A stretch of DNA of 64,000 nt from Oscillospiraceae bacterium (lineage in GTDB: Bacteria > Bacillota > Clostridia > Oscillospirales > UBA929), in contig JAVBPM010000031.1 of assembly GCA_031549605.1 (NCBI GenBank), positions 28,001 to 92,000 on the forward strand, written 5' to 3'. The translations under genes and the position numbers were made by a program. This document shows positions 1 to 9,897 of this stretch, one piece after another. Below the pieces are notes generated by a model. That model worked only from the letters and a program-made list of their open reading frames with translations, was not told the DNA's origin and searched no databases. Every line of letters starts with the position of its first letter. The stretch's first letter is position 1.

Positions 1-2
1 TG

Positions 3-350
3 GTGCTGTGGGCCACTTGGGCGCAAGAGAGCGTGGCGCTGCTGCCGACACTGGCCGAGCTGCAAACACAGCTGCCCGACGGCGTTTCGCTGCTCGGTGT
101 TGTCACCGATGTCGACGACGTGGGCCAGCTGCAGGAGCAGGCGCTGGCGCTGGCACAGGCGGCCGGTGGTTTCTACCCCATTCTGATGAACAACCACACC
201 ATGTTTTCCATGACCGACAAGGCAAACGCCTTCCCCACATTGCTTTTTTACAACCAAAGCGGCGATATTGTGGGTGAGCCGATTGTACCGTCCTCGGCCA
301 CTGTAACCGACCTGCTGGGCTACATAGCCGAACACCGCGCACAGGGATAA
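3..350 (+). CDS. thioredoxin-fold TlpA/ResA-like protein, C-terminal part (5' end outside window)
   Basis: ORF enters from window edge. LWATWAQES...AFPTLLFYNQSGDIVG fits the thioredoxin-fold WCxxC...FPT pattern, but Ala/Ser replace both Cys. Terminator follows. Confidence 0.5.
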   Translation: MLWATWAQESVALLPTLAELQTQLPDGVSLLGVVTDVDDVGQLQEQALALAQAAGGFYPILMNNHTMFSMTDKANAFPTLLFYNQSGDIVGEPIVPSSATVTDLLGYIAEHRAQG

Positions 351-356
351 ACGACA

Positions 357-382
357 GCGGGCGCGAAAGCGTCCGCTTTTTT
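357..382 (+). terminator. rho-independent terminator
   Basis: Hairpin GCGGGCGC-gaaa-GCGTCCGC followed by TTTTTT, 7 nt after the upstream stop codon. Confidence 0.6.
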
Positions 383-398
383 GTTGGGAGTGACCGCC

Positions 399-1052
399 AT
401 GCCGCTGCTCAAGTGGATAGATAAGCTGCTGTTTCCCAACCGCTGCCTCGCCTGCCGTCGTCTGCAGAAGGGCGACGATGTGCTGTGCGATAGCTGCCGC
501 AGGACGTTGGGCCACCGCAACGACCCCACCATTTCCTTTGCCGGACAGCCCTTTGCCGTCTGCATCGCCCCTTTTGGCTACAACGCCACCGGCCGCAAGC
601 TGCTGCACGCCTATAAATTCCACGGGCACTTTATGGCCGCGCCCTGGCTGGCCGACCGCATAGTTGACACGCTCTCACCATATACTGAACAGAGCATCGA
701 CTGCGTTACCTGGGTGCCGCTGCACGTCGGCCGCTACCGCGAGCGCGGCTACAGCCAAAGTCACCTGCTGGCCAAGGGCATCGCGCAACGATTGGAGCTG
801 CCGCTGGTGCGCGCACTGGTAAAACAGTCGCCCACCGCGCGCCAGAGCAGCGTCAAAGGCGTGCGCGCCCGCCGTGCCAACGTCAAGGGCGCCTTTTCCG
901 CCCGTTCCGCACTGGTCAAGGACAAGACTGTGCTGCTCGTCGACGACGTCTGGACCACCGGCGCCACCATGAATGAGTGCTGCTGGACACTGCACGCCGC
1001 CGGCGTCAAGGCCGTTTACTGCGCCACCGCCCTGTCAGTCGATGCAAAATAA
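399..1052 (+). CDS. comFC: ComF family protein (amidophosphoribosyltransferase-like)
   Basis: N-terminal Cys pairs (CLACRR, CDSCRR) and C-terminal PRTase motif VLLVDDVWTTGATMNEC. ATG 399 is preceded by GGGAG; the ORF track starts at TTG 381. Confidence 0.8.
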   Translation: MPLLKWIDKLLFPNRCLACRRLQKGDDVLCDSCRRTLGHRNDPTISFAGQPFAVCIAPFGYNATGRKLLHAYKFHGHFMAAPWLADRIVDTLSPYTEQSIDCVTWVPLHVGRYRERGYSQSHLLAKGIAQRLELPLVRALVKQSPTARQSSVKGVRARRANVKGAFSARSALVKDKTVLLVDDVWTTGATMNECCWTLHAAGVKAVYCATALSVDAK

Positions 1053-1132
1053 TTGTCGCGTCTGTTGATTGCGCTGCCACTTTTGTTGGCATAATAGCTG
1101 TATCACGGACGAAGGCAGGTCGGAGAGCGATT

Positions 1133-2158
1133 ATGTTTGGCAAGGATATTGGACTCGATTTAGGCACCGCATCGGTGCTGTTGTTTGTCAAAGGCAAGGG
1201 CATCGTGCTCACCGAGCCGAGCGTTGTTGCCGTTGACAAGGGCAACGGGCGTCTGCTCAAGGTGGGCGCCGAGGCGCAAAAAATGCTGGGCCGCACGCCC
1301 GGCAACATCATTGCGCTGCGCCCGCTGCGCGAAGGCGTGATTAGCGACTTTGAAATGACCGAGCTGATGATCAAGGAATTTCTGCGCAAAGTGGCATCGT
1401 GGCGTTTTTTCAAGCCGCGCGTGATTATCTGCGTGCCGAGCGGCATCACCGAGGTTGAGGAGCGCGCCGTTTACGACGCCGGGCTCAACGCCGGCGCGCG
1501 CCGTGTGTTTATGGTGCAGGAACCGCTGGCCGCCGCGTTGGGCGCCGGCATTGACATTAGCAAGCCCAACGGCCACATGGTCGTTGATATCGGCGGCGGC
1601 ACCACCGACGTCGCGGTCATCAGCCTGTCTAACATCGTCGACAGCGACTCCATCAAGGTGGCCGGCGACCAGTTCGACGACGCCACGGTCAAATACATCC
1701 GCAAAAAGCACAACGTACTCATTGGCGAGCGCACAGCCGAGGAGCTGAAAAAAACCATCGGCTGCGTGTCGCCACGACCCGAGGAGGTGGCGCTGACCAT
1801 TCGCGGCCGCTGCTTGGTCACGGGGCTGCCCAAGGAGTTCACCGTCACTTCGTCCGAGATGATTGAGGCCTATGAGGAAGCCAGCACGCGCATTCTGGAG
1901 GCCGTTCACGGCATGCTGGAGCGCACACCGCCCGAGCTGGTGGCCGACATTGCCGCCAACGGCATTGTCATGACCGGCGGCGGCAGCCTGCTGCATGGCT
2001 TCGACACGCTGATTGAAACCAAGACCGGCATCCACACCTATGTCGCCGACGAGGCCGTCAACTGCGTTGCGTACGGTACCGGCAAAAGCCTGGAGTACAT
2101 CGACGCCATGCAGGACGGCACTATCAATATATCGCGGAGAAAGCAGATGCAATCATGA
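1133..2158 (+). CDS. mreB: rod shape-determining actin-like protein MreB
   Basis: MFGKDIGLDLGTASVLLFVKGKG..., DIGGGTTDVAV, MTGGGSLL actin-fold motifs. Start moved to ATG 1133 inside ORF 977-2158. Confidence 0.9.
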   Translation: MFGKDIGLDLGTASVLLFVKGKGIVLTEPSVVAVDKGNGRLLKVGAEAQKMLGRTPGNIIALRPLREGVISDFEMTELMIKEFLRKVASWRFFKPRVIICVPSGITEVEERAVYDAGLNAGARRVFMVQEPLAAALGAGIDISKPNGHMVVDIGGGTTDVAVISLSNIVDSDSIKVAGDQFDDATVKYIRKKHNVLIGERTAEELKKTIGCVSPRPEEVALTIRGRCLVTGLPKEFTVTSSEMIEAYEEASTRILEAVHGMLERTPPELVADIAANGIVMTGGGSLLHGFDTLIETKTGIHTYVADEAVNCVAYGTGKSLEYIDAMQDGTINISRRKQMQS

Positions 2159-2889
2159 CACACCAGCCCTTTGTCCACACCTTCACCGCCAGCGGCAACC
2201 AAAGCGACTACACCGGCACGCTGCGCCCGTCGGCATTGCAGAGCACGCTGCTCGACTGCGCCTTTGCCCACGCCGAGCAGCTGGGGCTGACCCGTGAATT
2301 CACCTATCAACGCACCGGCGGCATTTGGGTCATCATCAAGCTGGCTGTCGCGCTGGACAAGCCCATTCTCTACAGCACCGAATACACCGTCACCACCTGG
2401 CCGCGCGGCCCGCAGGGTCCCTATTTTACGCGCGACTTTGTCATCACGCAGGACGGCGCGCCCATCGGCCGCGCCAGCAGCCAGTGGCTGATTACCAACC
2501 CACGCGACCAGAAAATCATCCGCCCGCGCGACATTCCCGAGGCGTGTGTCGCGCTGCTGACCGACCAGGCAGTGCAACTGCCGCTGACCAAGCTGACCGC
2601 GCCGGACAAGCTGTCGGCCATCGGCAGCCACACCGTCACCTACAGCGACATTGACATGAACCACCACGTCAACAACACGCGCTACCTCGACTTTGCCTGC
2701 GACGCGCTGGCGCTGCACGACAACAAGCAGCGCGTGGCCGGCTACCAAATTAACTACACCGCGCAGGTGCTGGCGGGTGAGACCGTCGAGCTGCTGGCCG
2801 CGCCGCTTGACGGCGGCTGGCAGTACATAGCCGGACAGGTCGACGGCAAAACCCGCTTTGAGCTCAAGCTGGCGCTGGCCGACGCCTGA
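2155..2889 (+). CDS. acyl-ACP thioesterase
   Basis: Signature YSDIDMNHHVNNTRYLDF and a size of 244 aa. ATGA overlap with the mreB stop. Confidence 0.75.
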   Translation: MTHQPFVHTFTASGNQSDYTGTLRPSALQSTLLDCAFAHAEQLGLTREFTYQRTGGIWVIIKLAVALDKPILYSTEYTVTTWPRGPQGPYFTRDFVITQDGAPIGRASSQWLITNPRDQKIIRPRDIPEACVALLTDQAVQLPLTKLTAPDKLSAIGSHTVTYSDIDMNHHVNNTRYLDFACDALALHDNKQRVAGYQINYTAQVLAGETVELLAAPLDGGWQYIAGQVDGKTRFELKLALADA

Positions 2890-2953
2890 TAACATGTATA
2901 ACAAAGCACCGCCGTTTTATATCACGGCGGTGCTACTATTTTGTGGCGGGGTG

Positions 2954-4123
2954 CTACTTCTTAATGCCACCCAAATTGGCCTGTGCCAACAGGTTGGTTT
3001 CAAAGGTAAAGCTGAGCGCGTCGTTGTCGCGGCTGCGCTTAAAGGCCAGCTCAATCAGCTTTGTCACCAGCTGGGTAAACGAAATGCCCATCGGCTCAAA
3101 GAGATAAAAGGCCAGCGACCCGGGCACGGTGTTCAACTCGTTGACGTAGACGCTGCCGTCGGCGTCGTCGAGAATAAAATCAATGCGCGCCACGCCGCCG
3201 CAACCCAACGATTGGAAGGCCTTGACCGCCATGTCCTGAATGGTCTTGGTCAGTGCGTCGGGGATGTCGGCGGGAATCTGGCGCGTCGCGCGCGCCATGC
3301 CCTTTTGGCCGCCGTTGCCCGACAAATACTTGTCCTGATAGCTCAAAATCTCGTCGCTGCCCGACGGCTGCTCACACACCGACGCCTGCGCCTCGACCGC
3401 GTCGCCCAGCACCGCACAGTTGATTTCGCGAATCGCCGTCACCGCCCGCTCGACCAGCACCCATTCGGCAAATCGCGCGGCATACTCCAACGCCGTGCGC
3501 AGCGCCGTGCGGTCGCGCGCAATCTGAATACCGACGCTCGAGCCCAAGTTGTTGGGCTTAACAATGACAGGATAACCAATCTGCGCCTCAATGTCGGCGC
3601 AAATGTCCTCGCCGTTGACGGCGATGCGCTGCCCGTGAAAGGTCAGATGCGGCAGCACCGGCACACCTACGGCGGCCAAACAGTGCTTAACCTTGCCCTT
3701 GTCCATGCACAGCGCGCCGCTCATCACGTCACAGCCGGCGTAGGGCAGCTGCAACGTGTCCAAAAAGCCGGCCAGTGTGCCATCCTCGGTGTGCGTGCCA
3801 TGCACCACCGGCAGCGCCACGTCCAGCGTGCCCAGCACCGCCGAGCGCAGCTTGGGCGCCGGATGCACCAGCATCACAACCGCCTTGCCCTCGCGCGCAA
3901 AGGTCACCTCAGTGCCGCGCTTGAGCAGCGCCGGCAGGTCGCGGTAGCTGTCAATGGTATCAAAGCCCTCGCCGGTCAGAAACCGGCCGTCCTTGGTCAT
4001 GTAAATGGCCACCGGCTCGTAGCGGTTGCGATCCATCGCCGCTATCGCCTGCATGGCGCTGATTACGCTGACCTCATGCTCGACGCTGCGGCCGCCGAAA
4101 AATACGCCCACCTTAATTTTCAC
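2954..4123 (-). CDS. ddl: D-alanine--D-alanine ligase
   Basis: MKIKVGVFFGGRSVEHEVSVISA... N-terminus and ATP-grasp C-terminus (VNELNTVPGSLAFYLF). Confidence 0.9.
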   Translation of the reverse strand: MKIKVGVFFGGRSVEHEVSVISAMQAIAAMDRNRYEPVAIYMTKDGRFLTGEGFDTIDSYRDLPALLKRGTEVTFAREGKAVVMLVHPAPKLRSAVLGTLDVALPVVHGTHTEDGTLAGFLDTLQLPYAGCDVMSGALCMDKGKVKHCLAAVGVPVLPHLTFHGQRIAVNGEDICADIEAQIGYPVIVKPNNLGSSVGIQIARDRTALRTALEYAARFAEWVLVERAVTAIREINCAVLGDAVEAQASVCEQPSGSDEILSYQDKYLSGNGGQKGMARATRQIPADIPDALTKTIQDMAVKAFQSLGCGGVARIDFILDDADGSVYVNELNTVPGSLAFYLFEPMGISFTQLVTKLIELAFKRSRDNDALSFTFETNLLAQANLGGIKK

Positions 4124-4138
4124 GCCATCACACCTCTG

Positions 4139-5683
4139 TTAATAATTATCCGGCAAATCATTTTCCAGCAGCGCCACCTTGGGTTGCCCACCGCTGTCCA
4201 GCGCGCGCAAGCGCGCAAACGCCTCTTGAATGGTCTTGACAACAATCAGCTTAGTCGGCTCGTAGCCGGCCTCGGCCAACCCCTCGGCAATCGGCTTGGT
4301 CTGCTGCTCGCCAACCAGTATGACGCAGTCGCACACCGCCGCCGCCTGCACACCAAAGGCCTTGTTCAGCTCTTCTTCGCGCTCACCCAGTTCCACCATG
4401 CCCGGTGTCACCAAAATCTTATAGCCGTCCACCAGCGCCAGCGTGTCCAGCGCCGCCTTGGCCCCTGTCGGATTGGCGTTAAAAGCGTCATCGATGATCG
4501 TGAACTCGCCCTGTTGCTTGAGCTCAAGCCGGTGCGGCACCGCCTTGAGCGTCAACGCCGCGCGCGCCAGCTGTCCCACCGCAACACCCAGCTTGTGCGC
4601 CACAGCCATGGCGCCGACAATGTTTAATACATTGTGGCGGCCAATCAACGGCGTGCGCATGGCCTGCGTTGTGCCGTCGGGCAGCGTCAGCACAAAACTC
4701 GACCCGCCGCGGTCAACGGCCAGCTCCGACGCGCGGTAGTCGGCGTCGCCAAAGCCGTACCGCACCACTGTCAGCCCCGTCATGTCCTGCGCGGCAATCG
4801 TTTCGTCGTCGGCATTGACAAACGAAAAACCGTCGGCCGGCAGCGCGCGCAGCAGTTCAAACTTGGTGTTGGCAATGTTGTCCATGTTGCCAAAGGTCTC
4901 CAGATGCGCCGGCCCAATGGCCGTCACCACGCCGTGTTTGGGGTGCACAATGTCGCAAATCTCCTGAATGTCGCCAACGTGCCGCGCGCCCATTTCGCAG
5001 ATAAACATCTCGTGCGCGGGACTCAGCTGGCCGCGAATGGTTTTTACAACACCCATCGGCGTGTTGTAGCTCTCGGGCGTCATCAGCGTATTGTAGGTCG
5101 TGTTGAGAAAAGCGTGCAGCATGTACTTGACCGATGTCTTGCCAAAACTGCCGGTCACGCCGATAATCGTCATGTCGGGTTTGGCGGCCAACAGCTTTTT
5201 GGCCGACCGCACATAGCCGTTGTTAATCGCCTTTTGCACCGGCGTCAGCAGCCAGTTGGACAGCGCCAGCCCGTAGGGCGTTAACAGCAGCAACAGCGCC
5301 GCCTGCGCAATCTGTGTGCGCTGCTCGTCAATGGCAAACATCGTGGCGTTGACGGCCGCCAACAGCAGCAGCCACAGCAGGTAGATGCGCCACGCGCGCG
5401 ACGTCATCACCAGCTTTTTCTTGGCCTTGTGCCGCGGCAGCATCAGCAGCGCCGCCACAGCCAACGAGAAACACGCGACGTACAACCCGCCCGTTTTCCA
5501 CAGGCTGGCCAACGCCGCCAGCACCAGCGGTATCGCCGCCGGCAGCAGCGTTTCGCCACCGTGCTCTTTCATCCATTTTTTATAAGAGGGCCACTGGTAG
5601 CTGCTCAACTGCAGCATGTGCAGAAAGCGCAGCGCCAGCACCGCCGCCGCCACCAGTGAAGTGCCATACAACGCAACAATCAT
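4139..5683 (-). CDS. murF: UDP-MurNAc-tripeptide--D-Ala-D-Ala ligase (MurF-like) with N-terminal membrane extension
   Basis: Mur ligase P-loop GVTGSFGKTSVKYM and DDAFNANP. The first ~150 aa contain about four hydrophobic helices. Sits directly upstream of ddl. Confidence 0.8.
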   Translation of the reverse strand: MIVALYGTSLVAAAVLALRFLHMLQLSSYQWPSYKKWMKEHGGETLLPAAIPLVLAALASLWKTGGLYVACFSLAVAALLMLPRHKAKKKLVMTSRAWRIYLLWLLLLAAVNATMFAIDEQRTQIAQAALLLLLTPYGLALSNWLLTPVQKAINNGYVRSAKKLLAAKPDMTIIGVTGSFGKTSVKYMLHAFLNTTYNTLMTPESYNTPMGVVKTIRGQLSPAHEMFICEMGARHVGDIQEICDIVHPKHGVVTAIGPAHLETFGNMDNIANTKFELLRALPADGFSFVNADDETIAAQDMTGLTVVRYGFGDADYRASELAVDRGGSSFVLTLPDGTTQAMRTPLIGRHNVLNIVGAMAVAHKLGVAVGQLARAALTLKAVPHRLELKQQGEFTIIDDAFNANPTGAKAALDTLALVDGYKILVTPGMVELGEREEELNKAFGVQAAAVCDCVILVGEQQTKPIAEGLAEAGYEPTKLIVVKTIQEAFARLRALDSGGQPKVALLENDLPDNY

Positions 5684-5686
5684 AGC

Positions 5687-6499
5687 CTACCTGCCGTTCA
5701 AAAAAGAGTCGAGTATCGCGCCGCAGCGGCCCCATTGCTCCAGCACGGCAAAATGTCCGGCACCCGCCAGCGTAACCAGTCCGGCGTCGGGCATCAGTTT
5801 TTCCATTTTCTGTCCAATCCACAGCGGCGCGGCATCGTCCTTATCGCCCCAAATCAGCAGCGTCGACGCCTTGACGCGCGGCAGCAGCTTGGTCTGGTCA
5901 ACAGCGACAAGGCGGCTCAGCGTGCCGCGCATCACCGGCGACGACGCCTTGTAGTCGGCCGACCCCTTTGACTGCCGGTACTTTTCCAGCAACTTGGGAA
6001 AGGGCTTGAGCGCCAGCTTGGCAGTTTTGAAGCTGTACACCTTGAGGTAATACTTCAGGCCGCGCTTGTTGCGCAGGCACGCGCCGGCCAGCACCACCAG
6101 CTTGCGGCAGACAATCGGGCAATCGTCAGCCGCCAGCAGACCGACGGCCACACGGCCGCCGTGCGAGTGACAGACAATAACCGCCTCACGCCAGCCCAGC
6201 TGCGCCAGCACCTCACGGGTAAAGCCCAAATAGTCATCCAGCTGCCATGGCCGTTGCGGCTCGGGCGTTTCGCCCACCCCCGGCATATTAAAGGCCGCCA
6301 CGGTATAGCGCTTGGCCAAATGGTCGAGCATGGGTCGGTAGAGGGCGTAGGGCGCACCCCAACCGTGCAAAAACAGCAGATTGGGGCCGCTGCCCCACAC
6401 CTCATTTTGCGTTGGGAACCCTAACACATCCACAGCACACACCCCATTTGCACAATGCAAATAGTATAGCACAAATCGCCAGCCGCGGCAACCCCGCAC
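5687..6499 (-). CDS. alpha/beta-fold hydrolase
   Basis: LLFLHGWGAP oxyanion region, nucleophile elbow VCHSHGGRV, C-terminal GAGHF. The true start may lie downstream of 6499. Confidence 0.65.
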   Translation of the reverse strand: MRGCRGWRFVLYYLHCANGVCAVDVLGFPTQNEVWGSGPNLLFLHGWGAPYALYRPMLDHLAKRYTVAAFNMPGVGETPEPQRPWQLDDYLGFTREVLAQLGWREAVIVCHSHGGRVAVGLLAADDCPIVCRKLVVLAGACLRNKRGLKYYLKVYSFKTAKLALKPFPKLLEKYRQSKGSADYKASSPVMRGTLSRLVAVDQTKLLPRVKASTLLIWGDKDDAAPLWIGQKMEKLMPDAGLVTLAGAGHFAVLEQWGRCGAILDSFLNGR

Positions 6500-6584
6500 C
6501 GACCCGCTCGGTAAAAACTATGCGGCCGGTAGTTTATCCTATGCCCAACAACATTACATCTATATTTCAAAGCCGCAAATACCG

Positions 6585-6613
6585 TTGACACTAGGACTTT
6601 ATCTTGTTACAGT
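6585..6613 (+). promoter_or_regulatory. putative sigma-A type promoter
   Basis: TTGACA (6585-6590), 17-nt spacer, TACAGT (6608-6613), about 35 nt upstream of the 6649 ATG with its AAAGGAGG RBS. Confidence 0.3.
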
Positions 6614-6648
6614 AAATTATCTTACTATGCAAAGGAGGCGAAAAGGCA

Positions 6649-7593
6649 ATGGCAAAGCTGGCTAAACTGCAGCGCTTCGCTGTACCCATCCATGCCCCGT
6701 TATTTGTACTGGCCGTTGTCTTGTCGCTGCTGTTCAACCCCAAGCCGGTGCCCTACGACGGTCCCATCGGCTTTTTTACCGCCTATGTTGTGCTGGTTGC
6801 CGCGCTGTTTGGCACCGGCCACGGCTTTATCGGCGCCGTACTCGCCACCTTTCTCAGCTTTATGAGCCGCATGAGCGAATCAGTCAAGTGGTATCAGGTC
6901 TTTGAGGACGGCACCTTTTTGGCCCATTTCGCCATCATTATGGGCTTGTCGCTAACCGTCGGCATCTTGCACGACGCACTGATGTATACCTATCGCAGCG
7001 CCGCCGAAAAAGCCGAGCGGGACGCCGAAGCGGCGTCCGACACCGCCACGAGCGAAAAACAAGAGCAGCTCGAGGAGCTGATGGCCGAAAACGAGCGCCT
7101 ACGCACCGAGCTGCTGGCCTCGGAAAAACGCCGCGGCCGCGTCACGCCGCAACTGGTGCATGATTTGCCGGCACCCGAGCCAACTGTCGAGCCGGTCTAC
7201 GTCGAGCCGACGCCGGAGCCGCAAATGATTCAGCACATCGTCACGCAGGCCGTGCCCGAAGTCGCGCTACAGCAGCCCCTGCCCCAACCGGTCGCCGAGC
7301 CGGTCTACCAGCCGGTCGAGCCGCCCATCGCCGCTGAGCCGGCGCCCGTGCAGCAACTGCCGCTGTACGACATCATGCCGGTCGCCGAACCAACCGAGCA
7401 GCCGCCGCGCCCGACTCAGCTGACCAAGGTCTACTGGTTCTCCGGCACACCGCAGGCCGAGTCCGCCGGCGACAACCTCATTCCCTTCAAGGTCACACAG
7501 CCCGCGGCCAACGACGACAGCTACCAGCGCGTTGCGCCCACGCCCAAGAAAACATTTACATTTTTACAAAACACTATGCGCCCCAACGGATGA
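6649..7593 (+). CDS. membrane protein with coiled-coil and proline-rich C-terminal region
   Basis: N-terminal hydrophobic helices, an acidic coiled coil (EKQEQLEELMAENERLRTELLASEKRR), then a P/E/V-rich low-complexity tail. Strong RBS. Confidence 0.5.
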   Translation: MAKLAKLQRFAVPIHAPLFVLAVVLSLLFNPKPVPYDGPIGFFTAYVVLVAALFGTGHGFIGAVLATFLSFMSRMSESVKWYQVFEDGTFLAHFAIIMGLSLTVGILHDALMYTYRSAAEKAERDAEAASDTATSEKQEQLEELMAENERLRTELLASEKRRGRVTPQLVHDLPAPEPTVEPVYVEPTPEPQMIQHIVTQAVPEVALQQPLPQPVAEPVYQPVEPPIAAEPAPVQQLPLYDIMPVAEPTEQPPRPTQLTKVYWFSGTPQAESAGDNLIPFKVTQPAANDDSYQRVAPTPKKTFTFLQNTMRPNG

Positions 7594-7673
7594 CTTGCGT
7601 CATCCGTTTTTTTCCGCGCATGACACCGCGCTGACACGCCACACTAACGGCAAACGTCATCTCGGAGGCAGTC

Positions 7674-8624
7674 ATGAAAAAATTTACGGCCCTGACACTG
7701 GCCATTATCCTGCTGCTGGCGCTGACCGCGCCGCCAGCCGCCGCGCTTATCAAATGGGTCGATTTCGACGTGCCCTACCAAGCGCTGGAAGCCGCCATGA
7801 AACTCGACATCGAAAGCAAAGACAAGGCGGTGCACCTGCCGTGGGTCGATTTAATCAGCCTGCTTGCCTGCCAGTACGGCGGCAATTTCAAGCGCTATCG
7901 GCAGGCCGATCTCAACGCCTGGGCCGACAAGCTGACCGACGGCCGTCCGCTGGCTGAACTGAGCAAGCCCTACAAGCATTTCAGCTACTTTCAAGAAGCC
8001 TACGGCGCCGTGCTCGGCGGCCTGCTGGGCGACTACCGCATAAAGGACGACAGCGGCCAGTGGCAGACACGGTACGGCCTACGCGCCTATTCGCCCTTAG
8101 CCGCTACGTTTCCCTACAGCCACTGCGACGACTTCGGCGCGGGACGCAGCTACGGCTTCAAGCGCAAGCACCTTGGCCACGACATGATGTGTGCTACCGG
8201 CACGCCGGTCATCTGCGTCGAGTCCGGCCGCGTCGAGGTGATGGGCTGGAACAAGTACGGAGGCTGGCGCGTCGGCATCCGCAGCCTGGACGGCCGGCGC
8301 TATTACTACTATGCCCACCTGCGCAAGGATCGACCCTTTCACGCCAATCTGATGCAGGACGCGCTGGTCTATGCCGGCGACGTCATCGGCTATGTCGGCC
8401 GCACCGGTTACTCCGACAACGAAAACGTCAACAACATTAAAACCAGCCATCTCCATTTTGGCCTGCAACTGGTATTTGACGAGAGCCAGAAGGAGTGCAA
8501 CAGCGAGATTTGGGTCGACGTCTACCCACTTGTGAGGCTGCTCAATCGCCACAGAGCGCACGTCCTCCGCGTGGCCGAAAACAAGGAATTCTACACACAA
8601 AATAGAATTGACCCGGTTCTGTAG
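7674..8624 (+). CDS. M23 family metallopeptidase (secreted)
   Basis: Signal-like N-terminus. M23 motifs HLGHDMM, GYVGRTGYS, SHLHFGL. Confidence 0.8.
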   Translation: MKKFTALTLAIILLLALTAPPAAALIKWVDFDVPYQALEAAMKLDIESKDKAVHLPWVDLISLLACQYGGNFKRYRQADLNAWADKLTDGRPLAELSKPYKHFSYFQEAYGAVLGGLLGDYRIKDDSGQWQTRYGLRAYSPLAATFPYSHCDDFGAGRSYGFKRKHLGHDMMCATGTPVICVESGRVEVMGWNKYGGWRVGIRSLDGRRYYYYAHLRKDRPFHANLMQDALVYAGDVIGYVGRTGYSDNENVNNIKTSHLHFGLQLVFDESQKECNSEIWVDVYPLVRLLNRHRAHVLRVAENKEFYTQNRIDPVL

Positions 8625-8642
8625 AAAACCGGGTCAATTTTT

Positions 8643-9056
8643 TCACTTTTCAGTGTTTAGGATGATATTATCGGTTCCGTTTCGTTCAAATTCGGCGATA
8701 TACGTCATAATACGGGCGTTGAGCTCCTCCTCGTCGCCCTCGTCAAGAGCCGCCAGCTGCATATCACGACGCGCCAGCTCCTCGGCCAGTATCTCGAAAA
8801 AGACGACATTTTCATAATCGAGCACAACCTCGTGAATCCCGCCCTCAACAAAGGAGCGCGACGGCACCAGCTCGCCCTGTAAAATCTCCGACAGGCTGGC
8901 CATACCGCGACCCGCCGCTTGCGCAAAGACTGACGATTCAACCTCGTCAAACTCGACAATACGGTCATCGCCGCGCGTTGAGTTAACCACCCAGTTGCCG
9001 ATATACACCAAATCCAACAAACGCCGAAACTGCTTATCCGTCAGCTTCAACTCCAT
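8643..9056 (-). CDS. hypothetical cytosolic protein
   Basis: 137-aa ORF with coding-like composition. No motif recognised. Confidence 0.45.
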   Translation of the reverse strand: MELKLTDKQFRRLLDLVYIGNWVVNSTRGDDRIVEFDEVESSVFAQAAGRGMASLSEILQGELVPSRSFVEGGIHEVVLDYENVVFFEILAEELARRDMQLAALDEGDEEELNARIMTYIAEFERNGTDNIILNTEK

Positions 9057-9090
9057 GAAAACACCTTTCTTCTATGCCGGCTGCGACCAC

Positions 9091-9741
9091 TCACTGCCGG
9101 TTTGAATCGTGGTCTGCCATGCTGCGTAGCAGCGCAAGCATTTCATTATTGCAGCGGGCGTTGTTAACCGAGTTAACGTAAACGCGCGTAAAGGCGCGCC
9201 CAACGGCATTAAAGAACATGCCAATGACAAAGCAAACGACGCCCAGCACAAAGAGAAAGAGAATCATCTCCAGTGACAGCCCGTCTTCACGCGGCGTGCC
9301 CTTGGCCGCCAGCAGCACGTCGTTGGCCGTCTGCGCGTGCTGATAGAGATAGTACGACAGATAGAAAATGCAGACGGGGATGAGCACTGAAAAGAGCGTC
9401 ACGCCCGTTTTCAGCATGGGAATGCGCGACCGGCCGTGGTCGTTGCCCACCGGCTCCTGCGGCTCGGCAACCGGCTGCTGCAGTGGTACCGATGGCAACA
9501 CCGGCACAGGCGTCGACACAGCGGCCGGAGTGGTCGGCTGTACAGGGCGCCCAACCTCATTGGCCAGCTCCACCTTGGCCGCCGCGGGAATGGCCAGCCC
9601 GTCGCGCTCGCGCAAAATCTGCTCGACCATGCGCACACCTTCCTCGGTAAAACCGGCCGGCTTTTGCATTACTTGATTCAATTTCTCAGTCGGCAGCTTT
9701 TTCAACTTTTCGTACAATTCATTTCCGACAATATTCGCCAT
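9091..9741 (-). CDS. hypothetical membrane protein (proline-rich linker, 2 TM)
   Basis: Soluble N-terminal region, a P/V/A-rich linker, and two C-terminal hydrophobic helices. Confidence 0.5.
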   Translation of the reverse strand: MANIVGNELYEKLKKLPTEKLNQVMQKPAGFTEEGVRMVEQILRERDGLAIPAAAKVELANEVGRPVQPTTPAAVSTPVPVLPSVPLQQPVAEPQEPVGNDHGRSRIPMLKTGVTLFSVLIPVCIFYLSYYLYQHAQTANDVLLAAKGTPREDGLSLEMILFLFVLGVVCFVIGMFFNAVGRAFTRVYVNSVNNARCNNEMLALLRSMADHDSNRQ

Positions 9742-9897
9742 ACATAATCCCTCCGTATGCTATAAATAAATACACTTTATCAACCATACCATTTAGTATA
9801 CACCCAAACACATTGATAAGCAAGTACAATCGCGTCTTTCGATTGACAGTCTATCGCCGTCACGGTACAATAACAAAAAAAGCAAGAGGGTGAACCC

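Noticed and set aside
2858-4627. 589-aa plus-strand ORF, plus similar long ORFs at 1160-2152, 10181-10444, 11043-11993 and elsewhere.
   Set aside because: They lie antisense to well-supported genes (ddl/murF, mreB, murI, mtaB) and have Arg/Ala/Gly/His-rich low-complexity translations. These are typical shadow ORFs of high-GC DNA.
7140-7420. Repetitive P/E/V-rich coding stretch (EPV, QPV units) in the host membrane protein.
   Set aside because: It is a low-complexity proline-rich linker with imperfect units. It is not a discrete DNA repeat element or a mobile sequence.
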